In this document: in pieces, positions 13,813 through 25,446 of the stretch
Layout: every line of letters starts with the position of its first letter
How positions within the stretch are numbered: position 1 is the first letter of the stretch
From: Pseudovirgaria hyperparasitica
Taxonomy: Eukaryota
DNA: 64,000 bases
Reading direction: 5' to 3' (one strand)
NCBI GenBank assembly: GCA_010093815.1
Contig: ML996572.1
The notes under the pieces: model-generated
What the model saw: the letters and a program-made list of their open reading frames with translations, nothing else
Database searches by the model: none
What the model was told of the DNA's origin: nothing
Program-made: the position numbers and the translations under genes

Positions 13813-14922
13813 ATAGTGGGCCTACCTGGTAAGGCGTACGACGCGAGTACCTATCGCCGAATTGACTTCCTCCTTGAGCACGACGTGCCCTCTACTATTA
13901 CCGCAGAGAAGTCTCAAGTATCTGTCTCGACAGTCAATCGTATGAGGTATAATCTTGCTACGTATGGCCAGCGAAACAAGCCTCTATCCGCGAAGACGCG
14001 TGGTCGTGAGACTATCCTCAGTGATCGCGTAATGGGATTACTATTCGAGCACCTGCTCGAAGAGGGATGGCTATACCTTGATGAGATGGTAAAATGGGTA
14101 TATAAAGAGCTCGAGATAGTAACCTCACCATCTACTATCTTAAAGCAGCTAAAGAAGAGAGGGTGGACTAAGCGTCTACTACAGCGTATTTATTCCCAAC
14201 GCTCTAAGGTTGCGCGTCGTTCCTATCGTGAGGATATTACTCAGCTACCTGCTGATCGCCTTATATTTATTGATGAGGTTATCTTTAACGAGAAAACGGG
14301 ATGGAGGAGACGAGGTAGAGCTCCTCGTGGAGAGACTCCTAGGCAATTTGCGAGGATCAATCGAGGCCCTACGTATAGCGCATGTGGTGCTATATCTGTT
14401 AATGGCTTCGTTACCTATGGTATTAAGAAAGGTTACTATAATAAGCAAGAGTTCATCGACTGGCTAGAGGTATACCTATTCCCTAGCCTACAAGAGAAGT
14501 ACCCTAATCAGGCTATGGTTATCATCATGGATAATCTCTCTCTTCATACCGACGACGACGTTGCTCCTATAGTTGCTGCAGCTGGTTATACTCTTCGATA
14601 TACACCGCCTTACTCACCTGATTATAATTCTATTGAGTTGGTATGGGCAGTCCTGAAGGCGTGGATTCGAAGGTGGTACCTGTTTGTACGTGAGTAGTCA
14701 TACAACTTCGAGGAGTTCTTACACCGCGCCTTTAAGGATAGCTGCTGCGATCAGTTCGCTCTCCGCTTCTTTAAGTATGCGGCTAACGGTTGGTATATTG
14801 ATGAAACGCTACGAGAGCGTATTATCGCGGATTTGAAGCAGTTTGAGCGTGGTAGAAGGTGTGGTTTTGCGGCAGAAGTGAGGGATATTAGTCAACTTTT
14901 TACTATACTCTTTACTGACTAA
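13813..14922 (+). pseudogene. DD34E transposase (DDE_3/IS630-Tc1-like), lightly RIP-damaged
   Basis: N-terminal HTH-like region, LIFIDE, IIMDNLSLH, PPYSPDYNSIELVW with 34 residues between the second D and the E. Probable ATG>ATA at 13813 and one in-frame TAG at 14695; the frame continues to TAA at 14920-14922. Confidence 0.9.
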
Positions 14923-15020
14923 CGTCACGTTGTTCTCGCTTATATTCATAGGGAGGAGATATACTCATTTATATATATACGTATTTAATATGAACTTCGT
15001 AGCATCTCTACTTAAAAACC

Positions 15021-16781
15021 TCATATAGCCCCAGAAGCGAGTCCATGGAGTGCCTTCGCTGCTTCCTCCTGTTCTACTACCTTAAGATTACCCTTATACT
15101 TATGAAGATAGCGACGAGCATCTAATACTATGCTTAATAGGACGCCATACGCCTTCGCTGCCTCATGATAAGCAGTTCCAGGACGAGTAATCTCTTTAAC
15201 CTGCCTATACTAATAATAGTTATCAACTACGTACTCGCGGAGTAACCTAATCCCGTCCTTCGTCCTCGTATGAGTTTCCTTCACATGTCGCTATTCAAGT
15301 GCTAACTAAACCACGTTAGCCTGATGAAGTTCTGGTTGAGTAGGGCTACTATATGGTGCTGGATTTATCGTCTCTAGCGGCGTCGATAGACGAGGGCGCT
15401 GACTCTTAACCTTACGAGTCGGCGACGGTGACGTATAGGGCGGTGGAATACCTAATGGATATAGAGGCACACGTGATGCGAATACAGGATTAAATCTAGC
15501 CTGTTGAAGTTGAGCCTGCCTCATCTACTCATTAAAACGTTGACGCTCAGCCCTTTCCTCATCCTTTACTCTTCTATCTTCTTGACGGTACTAAAGCTCG
15601 TTAATCGCTGCTTAAACCTTCTGAGTCTAGAGTTGCTCAGTAAGGGTGGCGAGGTCGACTTGTCCAGATATACCTGTCTTCTTTACTGACTTTCTCTCAT
15701 AGGGTTTAGATACGAGTTACTTTATTACACCTATAGGAGGATCCTCAACGGAGGCTCTAGTAATACCAGCAGTAATAGCGTGTGCCTATGGCTCTGTCGA
15801 CGCGCGTTTAATCTTATAATGAAGACGACTAGATAAGGATAGGACGATAAAACAGTGGCCTCGCTCATTAGTACAACCAACGTCCGTACAACGGTAAGTT
15901 AACTCTATTATACTAATTATCTCGATCCGTTTTAGGCCAGCTTCCTTCCTCTACTAAGCATCGTTATGTATAATCGCGGCACGCCCTCTTAATAGAGTCT
16001 CTATATTCGGCGAACTTCGAAGTCCTGTACCTGGCGATGGTGTAGGAGAGTCACGGTGACGAGTACGTTGAGGTTGCTAAAGAGGTTTCTTACCCCAGGA
16101 CTCGCACTTCACGCTATCCTTAAAGGTAATCATAATAACCTTATCCTTCGTATTGGCGAGCGAGTGGATCTCGTCTATGACTGTATAGACTCTCTCCCAG
16201 CTAATAATCGACCAGTCATTGATAGCGAGAGTCCTCCTCTGTTTCTTCCTCACACTAAGGCTATATACTACCTAGCGAGTATTAAAGGCCCAGTCGTTAG
16301 TACTGAGTCTCGTACTAATCAAGTCGTTAATCGTACTCTCGTACACTTCACGTTCAAACGCACATCGCGGAACAGTAGTGAGTTCATCTGCCGCCTCGTT
16401 CTTTCTATTAACACGTAATCTCTAGGACACGTGGATCTTATACGTCTCCTCTTCATCTTCTATAACCTCATCCCGCTCGCTATCTATAGAATCTACTAGA
16501 GGAGGAGGAGGAGGAGGAGGAGGAGATAGAGACGAAGAGACAGATGGAGGAGCAGGTATAGCCTCAGGAGGCGCCGAAATGTCGACAACACGTGGTTTTT
16601 TCGGCGCCGCGGTACGTTTACGAGCTTGTTTCTTCGCCATTGCCCTCGCAGTAGTAGCCTCTACTAATTTAGTAGTAGATTTACGCTGACGAGGAGGAGG
16701 AGGAGGAGGAGGAGGTTCGACTGACGCGTCTGTCGTGAACTGAACGCTTCGAGCGGGTTTTTTCGACCTGGAGGAGGGCAT
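15021..16781 (-). pseudogene. Transposon second gene (ORF2), about 586 codons, Cys3-His motif protein, RIP-inactivated
   Basis: One reading frame without frameshifts from ATG 16781 to TGA 15021, broken only by about 14 TAG/TAA codons where CAG/CAA/TGG fit. Contains poly-Pro, YRCTDVGCTNERGHCFIV...HYKI...(W)AHAITAG...DPP, a Gln/Glu-rich coiled coil and an SSP motif. Confidence 0.85.
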
Positions 16782-16862
16782 ATGGGTAAAAAAAATACGT
16801 GGAGACTCAACACCAAGTATATTGACTAATATTCGATAGTATACGTATATTTAGACTTCATG

Positions 16863-16977
16863 TGGCGACGAGTACACGATAAAATGCCAGAATATGTCCG
16901 TCTCACGTAAATTTGGGTGGGGGAGACATAGCGCGACATCCGAATGCCAAGAGAGTCAGGTTCTAGGCAAACGACGA
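16863..16977 (-). repeat. Right terminal inverted repeat (115 bp)
   Basis: TGGCGACGAGTACACGATAAAATGCC...TTCTAGGCAAACGACGA, the reverse complement of the left TIR. Confidence 0.97.
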
Positions 16978-17127
16978 CTTCCACACGACACGCGAAAGAC
17001 TACTCATACCGCCCCTTATATTACAAGTCCAAACGATGAGCCGCATCGTTCTATAATAACTTCATGTAGCCTATGTCTGACTCTGTATAACGCTCGTACT
17101 TGTCCTCTCTAGTCTCGTCGCTTTGCA

Positions 17128-18883
17128 ATGGGTTTCGATCTGACATTGCAGTGGAGCCCATGGCTCTTCGCAACCTTCATCCTCGCCGCAATCCCCCTCT
17201 TCCTCCGCGCTGTGCTCCTATCAAGCAAAAAACCAGACCCTAAACCAGCGTACATCACAACGAAAACTGCACTCAGCACAGAACTATCCACCGCTCTGCC
17301 CGAATCAGTCTTCTTCGGTGCACACCCTTCATTTCATGAGTCCATCTCCTCCTACTTCGGCCTCGCCCAACAGAGCGTCATCCCGGAATGCATCGTCAAG
17401 CCCCTAACCGCACAGGAAGTCTCCACCGCAATCAAAATCATAAAGCGGCACTATGACGAAAGTATCCGCGACGGCAGCCCGCATCCCACCTTTGCCATCC
17501 GCAGCGGCGGCCACAATTATGTCGTGACCGCCGCGACGGCCCGTGACGGCATCGTCTTCGACCTCCGCCTCCTGAACTCCGTTGAGCTCTCCGAAGACCG
17601 CAAGTCCGTTACTATCGGCCCGGGCGCGACCTGGAGCGCTGTTTCCTCCGTTCTGGATCCGCTGGGTCTTGCCGTGGCCGCGGGTCGGAATGCGGCTGTT
17701 GGTGTCGGCGGGCTCGCCCTCGGAGGTACGTCTTTATCCATCATTACCCCCTTTCTTAAGCATCGAAATATCAAAACATGCATAATGTTTCCACAACGCA
17801 GAGCAATACTAAGCCAAGACTCCCTATCCAGGCGGCATATCGTACTTCTCCCCGCGCGTCGGCTTCGCCTGCGATAACATCACCTCCTACGACATCGTCC
17901 TCGCAGACGGGACCCTCACCACTACCACCACCACCACCTCTTCCCCCACCGCCGACCTCTCCCGCGCCCTCAAAGGCGGCTCCAACAACTTCGGCATCGT
18001 CACCAGCCTAACAACCACCACCTTCCCCGCCGGCCCCCTCTGGGGCGGCTTCCTCTACTCCCTCGGCACACGCACAACCCGCCTATCCAGCATCCGCGCC
18101 ATGCACGCCTTCATCGCAGCAACAGCCTCCACAAATCCCACCTCCACCACCACATACGACCCCGCCGCCTCCCCAATGGTATGCATAATCGACATCAACA
18201 TCCTCGGCCTCACATACATCCCACTCGTAATCCTCAACCTCGTGCACACAGACGGCAAAGCCTGGCCCGCATGCTACGACGGCTTCAAAGCACTACCACG
18301 GGTGTTCAGCAGCGCGAAAGTGCAGAGCATCACGAGCGCGGCGCGCGAGCACGAAGGGCTGTGCACGCCGGGCAGCATGCAGTTTCAGGCTACGACGACG
18401 GTGGCGAATGATCTGGATACGCTGATGTATGTGCATGCGACGTGGGAGAAGTATCGGGCGCGACTGGGGCGGGTGAGGGGGTTGTTGTGGGAGTTTGTGC
18501 TGCAGCCGATGGCGGTGTCGATGATGCAGAACCGGGGTGGTGATCGTGATGGTAGTGGTGGTGGTAATTGTCTTGGGTTAGAAGATCAGCAGGAACCGCT
18601 TGTGATTGTGCTTATCCTTGCGGTGTGGCGGGATGCGGCTGATGAAGCGGTGGTGGAGGAGTGTGGGCGGCGGACGACGGAGGAGATTGACGCGTATGCG
18701 AAGGCACGTGGGACGGCGCATCGGTATAAGTACTTGAATTACTGCCATGGGTGGCAGGATCCGTTTGCTGGGTATGGCGAGCGGAATAGAGCGTTCCTGG
18801 TGGAGACGAGTAAGAAGTATGATCCGGATGGGTTCTACCAGAGAGCGCGTGTGGGAGGATATAAGCTGACTGACTGTGCCTGA
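17128..18883 (+). CDS. FAD-linked oxidoreductase (berberine-bridge-enzyme/VAO-like) with N-terminal membrane anchor
   Basis: PECIVKP, IRSGGHNY (covalent-FAD His), VGVGGLALGGG, LKGGSNNFGIVT, YLNY...KYDPDGFYQ. Intron 17726-17831. Confidence 0.93.
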
Positions 18884-19390
18884 GGAGAGGTGATGTGATG
18901 CGGTTGTTACTAGAGATCTTCCACTTGATACACGGTTACTATTGTAGATGACGAGTATGACTTGAGAATGACAGGCTAAAGACTGCAGCCACAGACAGAT
19001 ATGTAGGTAGTAGACAATCGATTTCTATTATAGCAAGTTTTGGACAATGTTAGAGCCGTCTGCCTCAGGCAGCGGCCTAACACTCAACATCTAAAGACAA
19101 AGCAGGTACAGTCCAGGGGTAGCAGTCTACACACCACCACAGCCTGGCTATGCGCGTAACACACCATACTAGTTTTTTCCCCAGTAGAGAGTGCAAAAAC
19201 ACCATGCCGCTAAAACTAATAAACAGGGTATGTTTGTGTAAAGGGAAGAAGATCTGAACAATAGAGGCAAACAAGGGAATGCGTGACAACAGAAACATTA
19301 GGAATAAAAATCACCACCGAGCGCCATTGCAATGCCCATCTAGTACAGAACAGCAGGAGGGTGGATTAGTATCAACAGAAGAAGGGATGA

Positions 19391-21501
19391 TTATGCGGGA
19401 GCGGCGGCTTTGGATTTCAGGAGGTCAACACCGTGTACGTTGTGTCCAAAGTCAAGCAGCAGAGCGCGACCGTCTTGGCTCGTGCAGACGATCCTTCGGT
19501 AGTCGCTCTTCGCGCTCAGAATCCAGCTAGTGGTCCAATTCTCGAAGTGACACATGCGTTCACCGGTGGCGTAGTTGAACACTTGTATGCTCTGGTCGTA
19601 GGAGCCACTGACGACGAGATTGTTCGGTGCGTCTACGAAAAGACTGCGGACGAGCCCTGCATGGCCTTGGTACGTGTGAAGGCGTTCACCAGTCGTAACA
19701 TCAAACTTGTACACAACCATGTTGTTACCGCCCGCGAGTACGTACTTTGCGTCGTCGGTGAATTCAACGGCAGCGAGGCCTCCTTCAACCGAGATAAACT
19801 CTTTTATACATTTTGCTGAGCTCAACTCCCAGAGTTTCGCTACACCGTCGCCAGATGCGGAAACCAGGAGGTTCCCTCTCATTTGCACAGCGTTGACTGG
19901 TCCTCGGTGGCCGTATAGCACATGCAAAAGTTCTCCGCTCTCACGACCCCATACGCAGATGGTTGCATCCTTACTACAGGAGATGATGTAGTTTGCATCC
20001 AAGCACACGTCGAGAACACCGGCAGTATGGCGCCGGAGGCGCCGGATCGGCCGGAAGGTCTTGACATCCCACACGATGCAAGTTGTGTCGCTAGATCCAG
20101 TGACCATGAGATCATCATCGTACTGCAGACAAAGTATACTTTGGGAATGAAAGTCGTCCGGAGTGAAAAAGATGCTGTCGCCATAGGGTGTACCGTTTGC
20201 ACTCTCGACGTTGGAGTGCGTACATTCCACCATGGGTAGAGGAGGGTTGATATTGGTAGTTGGTTTGGCTGCGGGACCACCAATAACTTTGATGCACTTG
20301 TACGTATCAATATCCCAAACACGAATCGTGCGATCGCGCGAGCCCGTGATTATTTTCTTCTCATCAAATTGGCAGCAGTAGACTGAGTCCGTGTGGCCGT
20401 TGAGGTACACCGCTGAGGCTCTTTCACCGGCCCAACGTCTTTCAATTATACGGCGAGCCTTTGTCATCAACTTCCAATCCTGACCCGGAATGAGCTCTCC
20501 ATACCCTAGACCACCCATCTGGATCGGCGTCGGCGAAACGTGAACCTTTGGTTCGTACTTTGTGCGAAATAAATGTTGCCAGGCGGAGGGGGCGGTGGCA
20601 AGAAAGTTCCACTGTCTGTTAACACTCTCGCATCGGGCAAGAGACTGAACATCGAGATATCCGAAAATTTCTAGCGATAGCTCGGGAGGAATTACACGAA
20701 CAAAATCTACGACGGTTTAGCTGAAAGTTGATGGGTGAATGGGAGAAAGTCAGGCCTACCACAACGAATGGAATAGTCCACCTCAGGCATATCATCCAAA
20801 TATACAGCACTCTCATCATCACGAGTAGATGCAGGCGACTGGGGAGGTAGCTGGAAAGATGTACCCGAGTCTGAAGCTCGAAGATTGGAGTATGCAGCCG
20901 CAGCAGCTTTGGCGGCTCGTCCGCTTTGTGGATCCAGATTAAAGGCAGGATGGATGTAGCTGGCTGGCATTGGTGCTGCAGGAGGATTCCAGCGTCCCTC
21001 CTCGCCGGATGGACCGGAAGCTGCTCCACGTCGCCTCTTGGACGGGGTAGCCATGTTCACAATTCCTCTGAAGGCGGACATCTTCATTCTTCCCTCGGCG
21101 ACTTGCACGAGCGGTGCATCTTCTGGAGTATCGTACAATGCCTGAGCCGAGTCGCGAGTGGCAGTGTCTTGTCGGTTCTTGAAGTGTGAGGATACGTGCT
21201 TGCGTACCGAACGAGAAGTGACAGTCGAGGCTCTTCGCAGCAGTCTTCTACACGACGATGAAGAATTTTCAGTTACATCTTCGGTTTCAGTCCTTCGCTC
21301 TTTCTGTGAGTGTTGCTGGATCGCAGGACCTGTCCCGCGTAGTGAAGCCGAGGAAGCTGACCCGGCATCGCTGGAGCGCGAAAAGGTCTGCGAGATTGTC
21401 CGTTTGACCTGCGGCATTGTATCTTGTGTAGAGGAAGATTGTGTTGAGGAAGTGGATTTAGAGGCTGACGGACGAAGGCTCAAGGTGGTCGGGACTTTCA
21501 T
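19391..21501 (-). CDS. F-box/WD40-repeat protein (SCF substrate adaptor)
   Basis: After intron 20707-20759: F-box DFVRVIPPELSLEIFGYLD...VNRQW, then about seven WD repeats (GHTDSVYCCQFDEKKIITGSRDRTIRVWD etc.). Start at 21501 is the best guess. Confidence 0.92.
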
Positions 21502-22838
21502 GTCGAAGAAGTGAGCAGGCGGAGGCTTGTTGTTTCGTGGTTCGGTTAGTGAATGAGTGACACAGGAGGCGCACGCGGCGAGCGAAGCAAGTGAATAGAG
21601 GCACAGCACCCTTTAAAGATGCGTGAGGGTATTAGGTAGAGTGAGGAGGCGGGTCGGGGTGTTTATGCGTCGTTGGAGCAGACAACAATGCTGCAGGGAG
21701 TTGGGTGAGATGAGGCACAAATCGCTGTTTGAGAATAACGTGGTCCTAGCGGGCGCTTTCTCACACAGGAAACTTTATGTTGCCCCAGGAAGGCTGGGAC
21801 GACGGATATAGGACAATAGCTCGCGATAGGGACAAAACCAAAGAGAACGAGACAGGACACGAGACAAGAGAGAGGATGGCAGAGGAGGAGGCGGAGGAGG
21901 TCAGGTCGTGAGCGAGGAGTAGTAGTGTGTGGTAGATGGAGGAGGCAAATGAGAAGCGGAAAGCTTATTAGATATTATTATGGTGTATTATTATACGGAG
22001 GGTGACATTGTGCATGGGCATGCGGAAACGGATTACGGATGCGGCTATGGGATGGATGGATTGGAGCCAGTGTAGGAGCTTAGTAGGGGCCGGTGGATGT
22101 GATGCGTGACAAAAGTGCCCGGGAACGAGCGAGGAGAGGGTGGATGTCTGGCTGGCTAGCTGGCTGGCTCTTGGGCTCCTTGATTACCTTACCTTACCAG
22201 CCTGCCCCGGTCCCTGAAGGAAAAAAAAGGCGGCAAAGGGCCCAAATGAGGGGCCGACTTGCACGGCGAACAGCGGGTAAAAGTGGTGGTGGCTAAGTGG
22301 GCTCAGTGGGCTCAGTGTGGGCTGAATGGGCAAGTAAAACATCCAGAGATCGGCTGCCCCGACCGCCCGGCTTTAGCCCTTCAGCCTCATCGTACTGTAC
22401 AATCATGCGTACAATACATACAGTACATACGATCACATGCCCCTCTGCACATCATCTGCCTCAGTCACTCTCTCACCGACCCTCACCTCCGCAACCAATC
22501 TTGTTCATTCCCGTCCTCTTTACCAACAACATCATCACCCACTCCAAGCAACCAGGCCCAGTTCTTTCAATCCGATTTGCATCTCTGCTACGGAATCCTC
22601 ATCTCCTGTTGAATCCCATTTTTCGGTACACCTTCGCACATGAGCTGGTCCTCTTGCGCGAACTACTCCCTCACTTGACCATCTACTCTTACACTCTGAC
22701 CACTCCGAGGTCCTCAAAACTCACTCACCTACCCTCCGATTCCGACTCCGCTACCTATCCCTCCGTGCTGCAGCTACAATCACCTCCTCAATTATCGCCG
22801 AGTCATTGCTGCACTCTTTGCATACCGTGGCTGACACA

Positions 22839-23321
22839 ATGGCCACGCCGGACTCCCTCAGTGCCATACCTCTCTGGTACCGCCTCTTCTTCTTGTATAT
22901 CGAGCCCATCTCCACCATTGTCGGCGCAGTATACGCTCAATTCTATCCTTTCACTTACCTGCAGTTGACACATGCACGATCCGCCCCTGCGTCCACTGAT
23001 GCCATTCCCGAAGGCACACGCATCGTTCTGAGCCAACTTGCAAACCTATACTTCGCCTTCACCCTGAACGAAGCTCTCGTGCTACGCACCACCTCGAACA
23101 TACGGGTGTGGAAGGTACTTCTTTTAGGCCTTTTGATTGCAGACTTTGGGCATATATTCACAGTTCACTCGCTGGGCGTGCAGATTTATTGGCAATTCTG
23201 GACATGGAATGCCATTGACTGGGGCAATCTAGGTTTCGTGTACTTGGGGGCTCTGTCAAGATCGTGCTTCATTCTGGGTGTAGGGCTGCCCACACGTCAG
23301 AAGAGCGTCAAGACTCGCTAG
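22839..23321 (+). CDS. Small conserved fungal membrane protein (about 4 TM; DUF7704-like from memory)
   Basis: IPLWYRLFFLYIEP...QLANLY...VLRTTSNIRVWK...ADFGH...WGNLG pattern; hydrophobic segments; single exon. Confidence 0.8.
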   Translation: MATPDSLSAIPLWYRLFFLYIEPISTIVGAVYAQFYPFTYLQLTHARSAPASTDAIPEGTRIVLSQLANLYFAFTLNEALVLRTTSNIRVWKVLLLGLLIADFGHIFTVHSLGVQIYWQFWTWNAIDWGNLGFVYLGALSRSCFILGVGLPTRQKSVKTR

Positions 23322-25446
23322 AATATCGATAGAGCGGCCCGCCAGAATCCCATGAGTCCATGAATGGTGTTCCATGTCATAAGCGGTACAAGTCTCAAGC
23401 GTTACAACTGCTGACTATAGCACTCGTTCTAGACCACCCGTTGTGATAATATGGCGTCATGGGACTAACATCATGGTAACTATGATTGCATCTGTGGCGT
23501 CGCTTAAACCTTTAATACACTTAGCAACGCAGCTTCGTATCGAGACCGGATGACTGTCGTGCACACCGTCAATTCCCCGAGGATCCGAGCCGAGACCTTG
23601 CCCAGTGAACCAGATCTTGAATGCAGGTTCGTGCTGTGTCCGTCTCGGGGTTTGACGCTGCACTGCTTAATTAGTACTGGTCAATTATTTTCTGATGTTA
23701 TGTGCATTCGAAGTTGAAGCCTGAGGCTCTGCGAAATAATATTTGACTTGTCGCGGTTATTACAAGGGCGTCTTCCGCGAGTATTTACAACGGAGCACGT
23801 GAAGTCACATCGCCACACGAAACACGTTTCAACATGACATGATGTTGAAGTCGCCATAGATATTACCACATCAAGTTACCTTTTTGAGGCTCGTTTGGCT
23901 TCTCCTGTCACGAATGACTGCCTAGGGTCTCCATTAGAGCATCAAATTCAGTCCAAGAGTTGCCTTGCCACCTGTTCATTTCTCCACTCGACTCGTCCTC
24001 TCATGTATTTCGGTATGTCGGTCTTGCAAGGTTCTCGTTGAAAGTCGAATGGTTCGTGTATAGCTCGAGCAGCCCGGCCTTGGGTCGGCTCACCATGTTG
24101 CAGGGAAAAGGGTACTTCCTCTGACAGTATAGCCCACTCGACATCACGCACTCTATCCGAGTCTACCGCCTCCTCAAGGACGCTTCAAGATTCTCTCGTT
24201 CCACCATCGCTCCCGGTCCCATCGAAATGTGTCTTTGGTCATGGTCATTTTTCTCACCTGCATACAGCCACAGCAATAGCCACAGCAGCAGCACAAGACA
24301 GCACAAAACAAGAAACCATGACATCCGCATCATACATTTTTCGGTATTCTGTCTCACGGGCTATGCCTTTTTCCTCTTCTTTTTTGCAGACGTCCCCCTT
24401 TTTTTAGAAATGAAAGCGTCGAGAACCCCCCTTTTGAAGTTCACAAATGCAGTGCTGAGATGGACAAAACACGACTGTCGGGTTGCGTTATACTACATAC
24501 ACACGTATTAATCACACATGTAATTGTGCGAGTGGAGCTATATATGTCAAGATACGTTCCTTTGGAGGTGGGATATGTGAAAGATGTGGTTAGGTTGCTC
24601 TTGTGTAGAGTATTTGGGGGTTCGTCGCACTGATTATATAGTTATCATAGGGGACGATGAAGATGCCCCCATGTGTATCGAGCGCCAGACTTGTCATGGT
24701 TGATATATCTGCTGTTGTGCTCGTGAGTGATAGTGCAAGGTATTGAGGGGCACGTATGCATGTATGGGCGACTGAACAGAGTATGGTGTACGACCATATG
24801 TCAAATGAATATAAAAAAAAACCAAATCGAGGTAAAGGCATGATGGATTTTCTGGTGCGTGTTAGTTTCGGCGCCTTTGATCAGCTCTTTTGTCCTGCTT
24901 TATCATGTCTCGGCTTCTGCTTCGTTGCTGTCTTCACTCATTCACCGTTCGCCTTCGCCTCCCTAGCACAAAACACAACACCACCAATCAACTCACTCAC
25001 CATCTCCATATCAGTCATATAACCCATTCGATAACCAAACCGCAAACCTCGCTCTGAGCATCCACCCACAACTCCCAAAACCTTGGAATCCAACCACACG
25101 AAACCGAAAAAACAAAATCACAAACACAGATCCTGTCACTACAGGTATAATGACAGCACTTCAAACAGTGCTACTACAATACCATACTATGCTGAGGCTA
25201 GTGAGGGCTTGCATTCTCTGATAGAGGAGGGGTGTATAACAAGGGGCTATATGCAGGGAGAGCGAGGATAGTGCTGAGTGAGCCTGGCCTGGACAATTGT
25301 TTGTCCTGTGCGAGGAACCAGGAGACATGAGGAGGAACCATAAGATTCTAGCAGATGCTATGGAAAGTGGACATAAGAGACGTGTAGTTCGGAAGAAGAA
25401 AGTATATGAGTATGTATGCTGAAGACGATGGAAGATATTATTTGTA

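Larger units (their letters stand above)
13589..16977. mobile_element. Complete DNA transposon, 3389 bp, IS630/Tc1/mariner-type (DD34E), with two convergent genes
   Basis: 115-bp TIRs at both ends (114/115 identical) enclose a + strand DDE transposase and a - strand second gene; internal sequence is TA-enriched (RIP). Confidence 0.95.

Noticed and set aside
15021..16781. Fanzor/TnpB RNA-guided nuclease as the transposon's second gene
   Set aside because: No RuvC D/E/D motifs or terminal CxxC...CxxC finger in the restored translation, and only about 100 bp downstream for an omega-RNA.
24786..24815. 5S rRNA start (TACGACCATA)
   Set aside because: Only about 10 nt match; no internal control boxes or 3' stem follow.
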